From: Alphaproteobacteria bacterium
GTDB lineage: Bacteria; Pseudomonadota; Alphaproteobacteria; Rs-D84; SZUA-605
Direction of reading: 5' to 3'
Assembly: GCA_031549385.1 (NCBI GenBank)
Contig: JAVBPW010000001.1
Coordinates: 96,001 to 160,000 of the forward strand
Length of the DNA: 64,000 bases
The notes under the pieces: model-generated
Seen by the model: only the letters and a program-made list of their open reading frames with translations
Database searches by the model: none
Told to the model about the DNA's origin: nothing
Shown here: positions 38,744 through 48,358 of the stretch, piece by piece
Layout of the letters: the number at the start of each line of letters is the position of its first letter
Position numbering within the stretch: position 1 is the first letter of the stretch
Position numbers and translations under genes: made by a program

Positions 38744-41455
38744 ATGACTGAACTTTTTGATCTTCATAGCAAAAAAGACTTTGATAAACAATATAAAATT
38801 GTTAAGGACTCTTTTAGTGGGTATAAATTTGATGATCCTATTATGGAAACTAACTTCCAGAAAGATTTTGATAAAGTTATAAAAGATTTGCATAATGAGA
38901 AAAAAGCTAAAACTACTGGTGGAGTATTACGAAATTTTTATAGCGATGATTTTAATTTAAAAGATCCTCGTTTTTTAAGAGCTCTTAATAGAAAAGAACC
39001 TTGGGCTTTAAAGACTGCTCGTTCTTCTTGGGCTTGGAATACAGGTAACGTAAGTAAAGCAAACTGGGGAACTGGAAACAATTTTTTTGATTGGTATTTA
39101 AAAACAGTGAAATTCGACTGGTGGCTTGACCAAGTGTTTATGTTTGTACCTAATGTTATCAATGTTGGAGCTTATCAATTTGCTAAACAAAAAAATAAAG
39201 GTGAAAACGATAAATATATTGCAGCACTTGCATATTTTAATGGTGATAAATCTAAATTAAAAGATTTATCAAACCCCGAAGTGTTTGCACAAGTTGCAAA
39301 TGACCTTGTTAATAAAAAAGGTGATAAAAGAAAAAAAGAAGAAAGACTTGCTGCTTTATACTATGTAGCAAATAGACACGGTGGAAAAAGTAAAAAAGAT
39401 TTAGATTTTAGAAAAGATATAATTTATGGAATGAACCAAAAAACTAATTTAGTTTCTGTTATGAAAGATAATGCTGAAACTATTAGAAAAGCTGGAATTA
39501 CTGATCCTAGTGTTGCAGATATTATGAGCAAATATGATCCTGTTGCAAAAAAATGGAATTTTACATCTGAAGATTTTTTAAATGCTAAGAAAAATATTCA
39601 AACTTTAAGAAAAGTTTATCCTTATAATAATCCAGAAAAATATCAGGAAAAGATTGCTCAAATATTGTTAGATGCTAACGGTGATCCTAAAAAAATTAAG
39701 AAAGGATTAAATGACTTTTTAAAGGAACATAAAGGTATTGCAACAGTTGCAAAAGATAAAAAAGGTAAGGAAGTTAAATTTAAACCAGCTGACTTAGAAC
39801 AAAGATCAGATATTGAAAAAGCTATGTATAAAAATCTTTCAAGTGGGGATTTGAAAAAGTTTTTATTCAATTTTGAATTTTCTAAATATTACTATGATAT
39901 CAGCGGAAAAGATGATGCTGGAAATGAAAGCGAAGAAATAAAAAATAAAAAACTTTGGGAATTTTATGGAAAAGTTTTAAAGGATAATGTTGGAGTTAAA
40001 GATATTACTCAAATAAAAAATCTGGACTTTGGCAAACTTAAAGGACTTGGCGGAAAGCTTGAAAAAGAAATAACAGATAAACTTCTTGCTGACCCTAATA
40101 TGAGTGAAGAAGAATATAAAAAACTTGAATTTGAAATGTCTTTAAAACTTCGTACAGTTAATTCTATATATAGTGCGTTTGGTTTAAGTGACACTTGGAA
40201 AAAAGAAAAAGATGCTGATTCTAAGAAAGAATTACAAGAAGCAGAAAAAGAAAAACAAACAGCTCTTGATGGATTAACTGCTTTTGAAAAAAACTTTAGT
40301 TCTGAACAATCCGCAAGAAGAGAATTTAATAAAAAAATATTAGATTTTGAAAAATTAAAATATGCTGGAAGCGATAATAAAAGAAAAGTATATCTAGAAG
40401 AATTAAATAAAGTTAATCAAGAAATTAGACAAAATTTAGCTATTATAGTTAATCCTGTTAATAAACTTACAAAAGAAGAAGATGATAGCTTTGACGATAA
40501 ATCATTAGATGACATCTCAAAGAAGTATAAAGAACTAATTGATGAAGCTGAGAATGAAGCAAAAATGGTTAAAGAAATTGCTGACGAAAGAGCTAAGGAT
40601 AAACCTAAACAAAATAATAATAAAATAGATGATTTACTTACTAAAGTGGATAAAAGTAGAGAACTTGTTAAAAGAAAATATGACACTTTAATAGAATTAA
40701 CTGAAAGTAAAACCGAATTTCTTAACAAAGATGTTATTAAAGCAAGAGAAATTGAAACTGATGCTACTGGAGCTCCTGTGGTTGACACAGATGGTAAACC
40801 TAAATATAAAGTTGGCACAGATGGTAAACCTGTTTATCAAACTGATACAACAGGAAATTTTGTTTATATAAAGAAATCAACTCTTGGTTTTGAAATTGAT
40901 AAAGGTAATTTAGATTTTGCTCAAGAACAAATTAATGAACAAAAAATTCAAAAAAATAAAGACGATAAAGATACAGCTGAACAAGATGATAAAGATAAAA
41001 AAGATAAGGAAAAAGCAGAAAGACAAGCTCAGATAAATCAAGAAAAACAAAATATTGCTGATCAACAAAAGCTTGAAGCTGAAAGAAAAAAGAATATAGA
41101 TGCTGAAAAGGCTCTTGCTGATAAAAAGAAACAAGATCAATTAGATATATTAGAAGCAAAGAGAAAACAAAAAGAAATTGATGAAAGAAAAAAATTGAGA
41201 AATACTTTGAGTGTAATGAAAGAAAGAACTAATGATAAGCTTGCTAAAGCTAAAGATCTTGAAGACGAAAGACAACAACTTGAAGATGATATTGCTAATA
41301 CTGATGGAAATATTACTAAGAGACAAGCTAATAAAATGCAATCTTTAGAAAAAAGTTTCAAAAAAATTACAGCAGAAATGAAAATACTAGATGAAAAAAG
41401 AACTAAATTATTTTACGAAAAAATGGCTAGAAGCAGAGGTAAAGAAAAACAATAA
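38744..41455 (+). CDS. large Lys/Glu-rich coiled-coil hypothetical protein (~903 aa)
   Basis: AGGTAGG SD; no signal peptide; long coiled coils; TDxxGxPV repeats; basic C-terminus MARSRGKEKQ. Confidence 0.8.
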   Translation: MTELFDLHSKKDFDKQYKIVKDSFSGYKFDDPIMETNFQKDFDKVIKDLHNEKKAKTTGGVLRNFYSDDFNLKDPRFLRALNRKEPWALKTARSSWAWNTGNVSKANWGTGNNFFDWYLKTVKFDWWLDQVFMFVPNVINVGAYQFAKQKNKGENDKYIAALAYFNGDKSKLKDLSNPEVFAQVANDLVNKKGDKRKKEERLAALYYVANRHGGKSKKDLDFRKDIIYGMNQKTNLVSVMKDNAETIRKAGITDPSVADIMSKYDPVAKKWNFTSEDFLNAKKNIQTLRKVYPYNNPEKYQEKIAQILLDANGDPKKIKKGLNDFLKEHKGIATVAKDKKGKEVKFKPADLEQRSDIEKAMYKNLSSGDLKKFLFNFEFSKYYYDISGKDDAGNESEEIKNKKLWEFYGKVLKDNVGVKDITQIKNLDFGKLKGLGGKLEKEITDKLLADPNMSEEEYKKLEFEMSLKLRTVNSIYSAFGLSDTWKKEKDADSKKELQEAEKEKQTALDGLTAFEKNFSSEQSARREFNKKILDFEKLKYAGSDNKRKVYLEELNKVNQEIRQNLAIIVNPVNKLTKEEDDSFDDKSLDDISKKYKELIDEAENEAKMVKEIADERAKDKPKQNNNKIDDLLTKVDKSRELVKRKYDTLIELTESKTEFLNKDVIKAREIETDATGAPVVDTDGKPKYKVGTDGKPVYQTDTTGNFVYIKKSTLGFEIDKGNLDFAQEQINEQKIQKNKDDKDTAEQDDKDKKDKEKAERQAQINQEKQNIADQQKLEAERKKNIDAEKALADKKKQDQLDILEAKRKQKEIDERKKLRNTLSVMKERTNDKLAKAKDLEDERQQLEDDIANTDGNITKRQANKMQSLEKSFKKITAEMKILDEKRTKLFYEKMARSRGKEKQ

Positions 41456-41474
41456 TTATTATACCGGAGGGAGA

Positions 41475-42455
41475 ATGACACAAAGAAGGATTTTTAATTT
41501 TATACTATCACTTACAATAGTTTTAGTTGCTTACTATGCTATTTTTAAACTTTTATGGAACTTTGATATTTTTAACTTTAGCCTTTGGAAAATGTTTTTC
41601 CATTACTTAAGTGTTGGAGTGACTTTATCACCTGCATTTATTGCTGTAGCATTTTCTTTTCCTTTTATATTTGTAACTTTATATCTTCTTATTTCCGGCT
41701 TTTCGTACAGAAATAATGTTGTTAAACCTGTTGAAGAAAAACAATTTAACCAAGAAATTCCTAATAACACTACTGCTGAAAGTTTTAGACCTAATATGGT
41801 TAATGGGATTGATGTTGGTTTTATTCCTGAATATAGTGCCAAACCAAATTATCAAACACCTGAAACAACCAGAATTGAGAGAGTGGAAGAAATTGCTAAT
41901 GAACAAGATGATGCTTTAAATATTTCAGAATTACTTGTAAAAACTGGATTTGAACCTTTGGAAAATCCTACTATTGAAGGGTATACTTTAAGTCATTTTG
42001 CTATTGCTGATAGAACTGTTTTATTTGGAGGATATTTTGATAATAAAAATGCTATTATAAACGAAAATAGCAATGATGAAAACACTCCACCTTCTTGGCT
42101 GAAAAATGGACAAATTATAGAATCACCTTTATATAGACTTCATGTGGCTAAAAAAATATTCATTAATCAAGCTATGGAAGTTTTAGAAAATGTCCATGTG
42201 GATTTTATAGGTGTTTTCTTCCTTGATAAAACACCTGAAAACTTATCTGATTTAACAAAAAAAGCTGAAGAGTATAATATTAAAATTGTTTGTTTAGATA
42301 ACTTACCTAATAATATTGGAAAGTATTTAACTGGCCATGAAGTTAAAAGAAATGATGATGAATACTTTAAAAAATTTGTACAATCTGTAGCTCATTACTT
42401 AGATCCTGCGTTCTTTTATGATAACTCTGATGATGACTTGGAGGAAGAGGAATAA
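41475..42455 (+). CDS. membrane-anchored protein with a degenerate NERD-like C-terminal domain
   Basis: GGAGG SD; two N-terminal TMs; SWLKNGQIIESPLYRL resembles the NERD W..SP motif. Confidence 0.55.
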   Translation: MTQRRIFNFILSLTIVLVAYYAIFKLLWNFDIFNFSLWKMFFHYLSVGVTLSPAFIAVAFSFPFIFVTLYLLISGFSYRNNVVKPVEEKQFNQEIPNNTTAESFRPNMVNGIDVGFIPEYSAKPNYQTPETTRIERVEEIANEQDDALNISELLVKTGFEPLENPTIEGYTLSHFAIADRTVLFGGYFDNKNAIINENSNDENTPPSWLKNGQIIESPLYRLHVAKKIFINQAMEVLENVHVDFIGVFFLDKTPENLSDLTKKAEEYNIKIVCLDNLPNNIGKYLTGHEVKRNDDEYFKKFVQSVAHYLDPAFFYDNSDDDLEEEE

Positions 42456-42952
42456 TGAAATTAGATTATGACTTTTGGAAAACAAAACTTACTAGTTTTA
42501 ATCTAAACGGTCTTGATCTTGTTCGTGTAAAGCTAATTGACGATAGTAGAAAAATTACAGAACAATATAAAATCTTTGAACAAAATAGAGAGCGTTTTAT
42601 AAAATACGTTGCTAAAAATAATGTTAAAGATTTACAAATAATGAAAATTTTAAGAACTGATATAGTTAAAATGCATGATGGAATTATGCCTGAAAATGCT
42701 GTTTTAATTTTTAAAATATTACCAGAATATGGTGGAGAAGCTAATGAAAGCAATATATTGTTTATGCCTCTTCACCCTTATAATGACTCTTTAATTCAAT
42801 TTTTTCATATGCAAATGAAAGAATGCCACTGGCAGTTTCCAGAAGTGTTTTATGCTTTGAAATATGAAAAGACTGTCTTTTATCCTAATTTCTTTTTAAA
42901 GAGTATAGCTTCTTCTTCACGACCTGAGCGAATCGAAAATATGGAAAGGTAG
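42455..42952 (+). CDS. hypothetical protein, degenerate HNH-like
   Basis: MHDGIMPENAVLIFKILPEYGGEANESNILFMPLHPY aligns by eye with GxxPxxxxVHHxxPLxxGGxNxxxNLxL, with the His residues lost. Confidence 0.5.
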   Translation: MKLDYDFWKTKLTSFNLNGLDLVRVKLIDDSRKITEQYKIFEQNRERFIKYVAKNNVKDLQIMKILRTDIVKMHDGIMPENAVLIFKILPEYGGEANESNILFMPLHPYNDSLIQFFHMQMKECHWQFPEVFYALKYEKTVFYPNFFLKSIASSSRPERIENMER

Positions 42953-42955
42953 AGC

Positions 42956-43363
42956 ATGAATAAAATATTTGATTTAAATGCTATATTTTTTGATAAGAAT
43001 GAACAAAAGTTTATTGACCTTATTTCTGCATCATTAGAAGGTAAAAAACAATCCAGCATTCCATCTGAATTAAAAGACTTATTATTATTAACTGATGGAC
43101 TTATTTGTGGAGAATTTCAAATTTTTGGTATAAATGCTCATAAAAGACCTGATAAGTTTTATACTTTGCCTGAGATTGTTGATTATAATAACAATTTTAA
43201 TTTATTTAATACTGACAATAAACTTATATTTGGATGTTATAGAGATTGTTTCTTAATGTATTTGGGTGATAATAAAACATATTGTTTAGTAACTAAGATT
43301 GGTTTGAAAATAAGAAAACAATATAAGTCATTATTAGACCTTTTAAACAGTGAGCTTTTTTAA
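42956..43363 (+). CDS. SMI1/KNR4 (SUKH, YrhA-like) immunity-type protein
   Basis: IPSELKDLLLLTDG...FQIFG...IVDYN...LIFG...YKSLLDLL pattern. Confidence 0.6.
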   Translation: MNKIFDLNAIFFDKNEQKFIDLISASLEGKKQSSIPSELKDLLLLTDGLICGEFQIFGINAHKRPDKFYTLPEIVDYNNNFNLFNTDNKLIFGCYRDCFLMYLGDNKTYCLVTKIGLKIRKQYKSLLDLLNSELF

Positions 43364-43575
43364 TGAAAAAATACTCTGTTTGTTTGTTTGGACATTTTAC
43401 TAGCATTACTATTGAAGATGAATTTTTTGATACTTTAAAGAAAATTGCTAAACAGGAAAATAAATCTATTGCTAATATTATTCAAGAAATTGATAAAAAT
43501 AGAGATTTAAAAAACAATCTTTCCAGCAGTATTAGAATCTATATCTTAAATTACCTTTTATCAAAGAAAGTCTAA
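43363..43575 (+). CDS. ribbon-helix-helix (RHH_4-type) protein
   Basis: SVCLFGHFTSITIE..F...LKKIA....SIANII.EID....NLSSSIRIYIL. Confidence 0.85.
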   Translation: MKKYSVCLFGHFTSITIEDEFFDTLKKIAKQENKSIANIIQEIDKNRDLKNNLSSSIRIYILNYLLSKKV

Positions 43576-46233
43576 TTTAGATCTTTGTGAATCTATATAA
43601 TACTTTTGAACAGCTGAATCTTTTTGAAAAAGAAACTCTGGATTATTCTTATAAATACTTCCTGAATTTTTATAACCTATTATTAGCGGTGTTGTTGATA
43701 AATAATCAAGAGAGATTTTACCTTTTATATTAAATTGTTTTTTTGCTAGATCAAACTGACTTAATAAAGTTACATTCCCATAACTATTTTGAGCTTTGTA
43801 ATTAACTATTTTCAAAGAACCTCTGTTTAATTGTCCTTGAAAGGATACTTCTGAAGTTTCTGTTGATTTTGTTAATAAGCCTTCCCTTATTCCTTTTTCA
43901 ATAGAATCAAATGATAATTGAGAAATTCCATAAACATTTTTTATAGCATCTGATAAATTGAAATTTTTTGCAATTGAATTAGAACAACTGAACTTAAAGT
44001 CAGACTGTAAATCAAAGAAAAATGATGAAAAATTCTTAAGATCTTTACTTACAAAGATAGCATCTATATCACAAGTTTGAAGATATGATTCTAATGGCGA
44101 ATCTTTTAAGATGTTTACATTAACTGGAAATTTTGTTGTTTTTATATACCCTGAAAAGTCATCTGCTTTTCTTGCATAAAGGTCTATATTTTGAGAAAGA
44201 ACTTTTAAAGCATTATCTTTATAAGAAATATCTAAATTATTAACTGTAGTACCATTTATTGTTAAATTCTTTATCTTTATATTGATTGCTTTTACAGAAT
44301 CAAAAACTGCCAGCATTAACATTTCTTTTCCATCATAAATATTAAATTCTAGTAATGACTTTTTAGTATTAACAAAATCAAATGTAGAAAAATTAATATT
44401 ATGTTGCTCTTGGCTAAATTCACCTGTAAAAGTATCTTTGTTTAGATTTCCTTGAATATTTTCTATTTTATAATTAGATCCTAAGCTTAGTCTTCCTGTA
44501 AAATTTAATGGAAGATTATCTTTTAAGTATGAAAGATTTAAACATTTTGCAGCATCGTCACATTTATATGTTATATCAAAACTATCTGAATTTTTTGCTA
44601 ATAATACTTTTAATTTATCACTTGATATATCAGCAGATGTTAAGTTTCCATTTTTAAAAATATATATTACTTGGTATTGATTCATAGGTAGAAAATCTAA
44701 TAAATCATTTTTTATAAGAGAATTTTTATCTGATGCAAGTTGACTGATTGTAATATTTCCTAGTTTAAAGTTGCTATTATCTAATAAAACTGTACCTTGA
44801 GCTTCTAGTCTTTGGTTCATAGATACACTTTTAAAATTCTTTATATTAAAAGCATTGTTATAAAATTCCCCTGCTACATCAACTGTATCATAAGTTGTAT
44901 TTAGGAATTTGAAGTTCTTACCAGACATCTCAAGATTTATTCTGTAGTTCTTAATATATGGAATAATAACTTTTGTTAATGTGTTTGTTTGATTATCAAA
45001 TTGCATTTGATTAAATATTAAAGATGATGAAATTTGTTTTGTTTCTAAATTAATAGCTGAATTACCATATATTTCAAATTTGTCTGCTTTTAAATTCATA
45101 CCTTCAAGATTCAAAACCTTAAAATTAGTATTAATTTGAGAAGTTAATTGAGTTTGCGAATCGGAATATGTCATTTTGCCATCAATTTGACCTGATTTTA
45201 TTTTACCATCAAAGTTTATTTCTAATGTATCATTTTTCAAATTGAGATGAACCCTTTCGTCTTTTAATTTTAATAAACTTAATTCTCCCATAATTCCATT
45301 TAATTTGAAGTTTTGAGCTAGGATTTTTAGTTCACTATTTTGAGTTGATGGAAGTTGAGATAATACTTTTTGAAAATTTTGTGATAAAGTTAATTCACTT
45401 AAAATAAATTCTAATGAATATGAATCTTTTGAAATAGAACCTTGAAAATTTCCTATTAATTGAGGACCCGATATACTTGAATTTATAATTTTAATAGAAT
45501 CATTTTCATATCTTAATTGTCCTGCAAACTCATAATCACCTTTTTGGATTATGTTTTTTGTAACTGAATCTAACATACTTGTTTTTGCTTTGAAATTAGC
45601 ATTATATATAAATGGGTCTAAATGAAAGAAACCATTAGATTCAAGGATATTATCATCATTTTTATAGACTAAAACCTGCATTTGGTTTTCTGAATTTTCT
45701 GATAAAAGACCGGTAATTTGATATTTTGTTCCGGATTTTGAGAAAATAATAGTGAATGATTTTTCTGCCCCATCCCCCTTTATTTCTACTTTAAATTTTT
45801 CATAAACTTCATTGTTTATTTTTATTGAATTTGTTGAAAAATATAAATCATTAATGTCTTTAAATTGAACTATTGTCTTTTGAATATCCAATATAGAAAA
45901 GTCTTTTGATTCAATTTGAATATTTTTTAAACCTAATTTTCCACGAAGTAATTCTATGAATGATGGTTTGATTATTAGTTCGTCTATAGTTATATCATGA
46001 ATTTTTATGTCTTTAACATAAACTTTTTTAAATGGAAATAATCTGTATTTTATATCAGAATTAATTTGAATATTTGTTTGGAATTTTTGAGATAAATCCC
46101 TTTGAAGAGTTTCTTTAAAAGAATTCAAAGTAGTCATATAAGGAATTATTGTTAAAAGCAATAACAGGAAAGCAATTATCCCACCTGCTATATAATAATA
46201 TTTTAAATTTACTTTCTTTTTTTCTTTCTTCAT
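43561..46233 (-). CDS. AsmA family protein
   Basis: N-terminal TM, KYRLFP, beta-rich body, C-terminal FNL...QLNRGSLKI pattern. Confidence 0.7.
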   Translation of the reverse strand: MKKEKKKVNLKYYYIAGGIIAFLLLLLTIIPYMTTLNSFKETLQRDLSQKFQTNIQINSDIKYRLFPFKKVYVKDIKIHDITIDELIIKPSFIELLRGKLGLKNIQIESKDFSILDIQKTIVQFKDINDLYFSTNSIKINNEVYEKFKVEIKGDGAEKSFTIIFSKSGTKYQITGLLSENSENQMQVLVYKNDDNILESNGFFHLDPFIYNANFKAKTSMLDSVTKNIIQKGDYEFAGQLRYENDSIKIINSSISGPQLIGNFQGSISKDSYSLEFILSELTLSQNFQKVLSQLPSTQNSELKILAQNFKLNGIMGELSLLKLKDERVHLNLKNDTLEINFDGKIKSGQIDGKMTYSDSQTQLTSQINTNFKVLNLEGMNLKADKFEIYGNSAINLETKQISSSLIFNQMQFDNQTNTLTKVIIPYIKNYRINLEMSGKNFKFLNTTYDTVDVAGEFYNNAFNIKNFKSVSMNQRLEAQGTVLLDNSNFKLGNITISQLASDKNSLIKNDLLDFLPMNQYQVIYIFKNGNLTSADISSDKLKVLLAKNSDSFDITYKCDDAAKCLNLSYLKDNLPLNFTGRLSLGSNYKIENIQGNLNKDTFTGEFSQEQHNINFSTFDFVNTKKSLLEFNIYDGKEMLMLAVFDSVKAINIKIKNLTINGTTVNNLDISYKDNALKVLSQNIDLYARKADDFSGYIKTTKFPVNVNILKDSPLESYLQTCDIDAIFVSKDLKNFSSFFFDLQSDFKFSCSNSIAKNFNLSDAIKNVYGISQLSFDSIEKGIREGLLTKSTETSEVSFQGQLNRGSLKIVNYKAQNSYGNVTLLSQFDLAKKQFNIKGKISLDYLSTTPLIIGYKNSGSIYKNNPEFLFQKDSAVQKYYIDSQRSKLDFL

Positions 46234-46346
46234 ATCTTTCTCCGTCTTTAAGACATATTAGAAAAACATTTAAAAAATAACAAGTTAAAAATGTTGTAAT
46301 TTTGCTATTTTTATCCTATATTGTCAAAAGTTGATTAATTTTAGAG

Positions 46347-46404
46347 ATAACTTATTAAATTATTAAAAAGAGGCTTTTTAACAATTTAACAAGTTTAATA
46401 ATAA
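46347..46404 (+). repeat. dispersed element, copy 6
   Basis: ATAACTTATTAAATTATTAAAAA-GAGGC-TTTTTAACA-ATTTAACA-AGTTTAATAATAA; between divergent genes. Confidence 0.9.
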
Positions 46405-46448
46405 CCAGCTGACGCTGGATTTAATTTTTTATATTTATTTTAAAGGAA

Positions 46449-47756
46449 ATGTTAATGAAAAAGCCTGAATTGTTATTGCCTGGTGGAAATTTAGCCCAAA
46501 TAAAAACTGCATTTTTATATGGAGCTGATACTGTTTATGCAGGAGTTCCAGAATTGTCTTTAAGAGAAAAAGCTAAGATAAGTTATGAAGATATGAAAGA
46601 AGCTATTGACCTTGCACACTCTTTAGGCAAAAAAATGTATTTAGCTTTTAATATTTTTTCTCATAATAAAGATGAAGAAAAATTTCCAAAAGTTATTGAA
46701 ATGCTTAAAAAATTAAATCCTGATGGCCTTATTATTTCTGATCCAGGGGTTTTTCAATATGTAAAAACTTATTTGCCTGATATGCCTATTCATATTTCTA
46801 CTCAAGCTAATGTTTGTTCTCATATGACTGTAAAGTTCTGGCAAGATATGGGAGCAAGAATGTGCGTGCTTGCTCGTGAAGTATCGTTTGAAGAAATTAA
46901 AGAAATCAGAGAAAAATGTCCTGATATAAGATTAGAAATGTTTATTCATGGTGCTATGTGTATGAGTTATTCTGGCAGATGTTTGATTTCTAATTTTCTA
47001 ACTGGACGTGGAGCTAATCAAGGTAATTGCGCTCATGCTTGCAGATGGAAATACAGAATGTATGCAAAAGCAAAAGATAGCGTACTTGAAGCACCTAATG
47101 AAGATGTTGTTGATTACTTCTTAGAAGAAGACCAAAGACGCGATGAATTTATGCAAATTGAAGAAACAGAACGTGGAACATTTTTAATGTCTTCCAAGGA
47201 TTTGTGTTTAATGCCTGTTTTAAAAGATATTATAGAAGTTGGAATTGATTGCTTAAAAGTTGAAGGTCGAAATAAATCTGAATACTATACTGCAGTTACT
47301 GCAAAAGCTTATCGAAATGCTATTGATGCTTATTTTGATAATCCAAAAAAGTTTGATTACCTACCTTACTTGCAAGAATTAGAAACTTTGCAATCACGTG
47401 GATTTACTCTTGGATTTTTTAATGGAGTTCCTGATGGTGGGGCTATGACTTATGAATCTACCCGCTCAGATGGAAGCTGGAGAAACATAGGAGTAGTTAC
47501 AGAAATTAAAAAAGATGAACTTATTATGGAACTTAGAAACGATATATCTAAATGTGAAGAAGTAGAATTTTTATCCCCTTATAAGGTTGAGCCTATTAAG
47601 GTTAAAATACCTGAAATAATAGATGCTAAAAACGGACTTTATTTTGATAAACTGTCTGCAGGACATGGAAAATCTATTGTAATAAAACGTGAATGGTTGG
47701 GCGAAAATTTTGATCAATTACCGGTATTTTCTGTTGCAAGAAAGAATATTGCTTAA
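46449..47756 (+). CDS. U32 peptidase family tRNA hydroxylation protein (TrhP/YegQ-like)
   Basis: KPELLLPGG, YGADTVYAG, HISTQAN, HGAMCMSYSGRC, NQGNCAHACRW, SKDLC, LKVEGR. Confidence 0.92.
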   Translation: MLMKKPELLLPGGNLAQIKTAFLYGADTVYAGVPELSLREKAKISYEDMKEAIDLAHSLGKKMYLAFNIFSHNKDEEKFPKVIEMLKKLNPDGLIISDPGVFQYVKTYLPDMPIHISTQANVCSHMTVKFWQDMGARMCVLAREVSFEEIKEIREKCPDIRLEMFIHGAMCMSYSGRCLISNFLTGRGANQGNCAHACRWKYRMYAKAKDSVLEAPNEDVVDYFLEEDQRRDEFMQIEETERGTFLMSSKDLCLMPVLKDIIEVGIDCLKVEGRNKSEYYTAVTAKAYRNAIDAYFDNPKKFDYLPYLQELETLQSRGFTLGFFNGVPDGGAMTYESTRSDGSWRNIGVVTEIKKDELIMELRNDISKCEEVEFLSPYKVEPIKVKIPEIIDAKNGLYFDKLSAGHGKSIVIKREWLGENFDQLPVFSVARKNIA

Positions 47757-47765
47757 GGAAATAAT

Positions 47766-48227
47766 ATGAAAAATCTTATAACAAATGAAATGATTCAATA
47801 TTTTGATAAACGAACTGAAGAACACATTCAAAGAGTTATTAAATATGGAAAATTATATGATAAAAATTTAGATTTTTCTGAACATGATAAATCGAAAACT
47901 GTTGAACCTGAACGTAGTCCTTATATTTTACGCACTTGGTATCAAAACATTTTACAGAAACCATTGCCTGATGAAATACAACCATTTTTAAAAGAAGCTT
48001 CAAAATATCATAAAATTAAAAATTCACACCATCCAGAACATTGGGATGATATTAATAAGATGCCAGATAATTGCATTGTTGAACTTGTTTGTGATTGGTG
48101 TGCTATGAGTGAAGAATTTGATAATGACCCTTATGAATGGTTAGAAAAAAATAAAGAAAAACATAAATTTAATAGACTTCAAATAGATTTCATTAAAGAA
48201 ATTTTAGATAAAATTTGGAAAAATTAA
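47766..48227 (+). CDS. HD-like protein (DUF5662-like)
   Basis: EHIQRV, HDKSK, HKIKNSHHPEHW, MPD..IVELVCDWCAMS. Confidence 0.7.
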   Translation: MKNLITNEMIQYFDKRTEEHIQRVIKYGKLYDKNLDFSEHDKSKTVEPERSPYILRTWYQNILQKPLPDEIQPFLKEASKYHKIKNSHHPEHWDDINKMPDNCIVELVCDWCAMSEEFDNDPYEWLEKNKEKHKFNRLQIDFIKEILDKIWKN

Positions 48228-48231
48228 AAGA

Positions 48232-48289
48232 GTTATGAAAACTATGAAAAAACAGGTTTTTCACAGTATTTCACAACATATAATAATAA
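48232..48289 (+). repeat. dispersed element, copy 7 (variant)
   Basis: GTTATGAAAACTATGAAAAA-ACAGG-TTTTTCACA-GTATTTCACA-ACATATAATAATAA; TTTTTCACA (48257-48265) is an exact TTWTNCACA. Confidence 0.85.
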
Positions 48290-48358
48290 TTTTATTTATT
48301 TTTCACTAAGATTAATAATAACTTGAATTTTTTGAAGTTTTAAAATACACTATTTGGC

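Noticed and set aside
29115-43575. Intact prophage or ICE
   Set aside because: No integrase, terminase, capsid, relaxase or VirB4 recognised, no att repeats seen, and composition resembles the flanks
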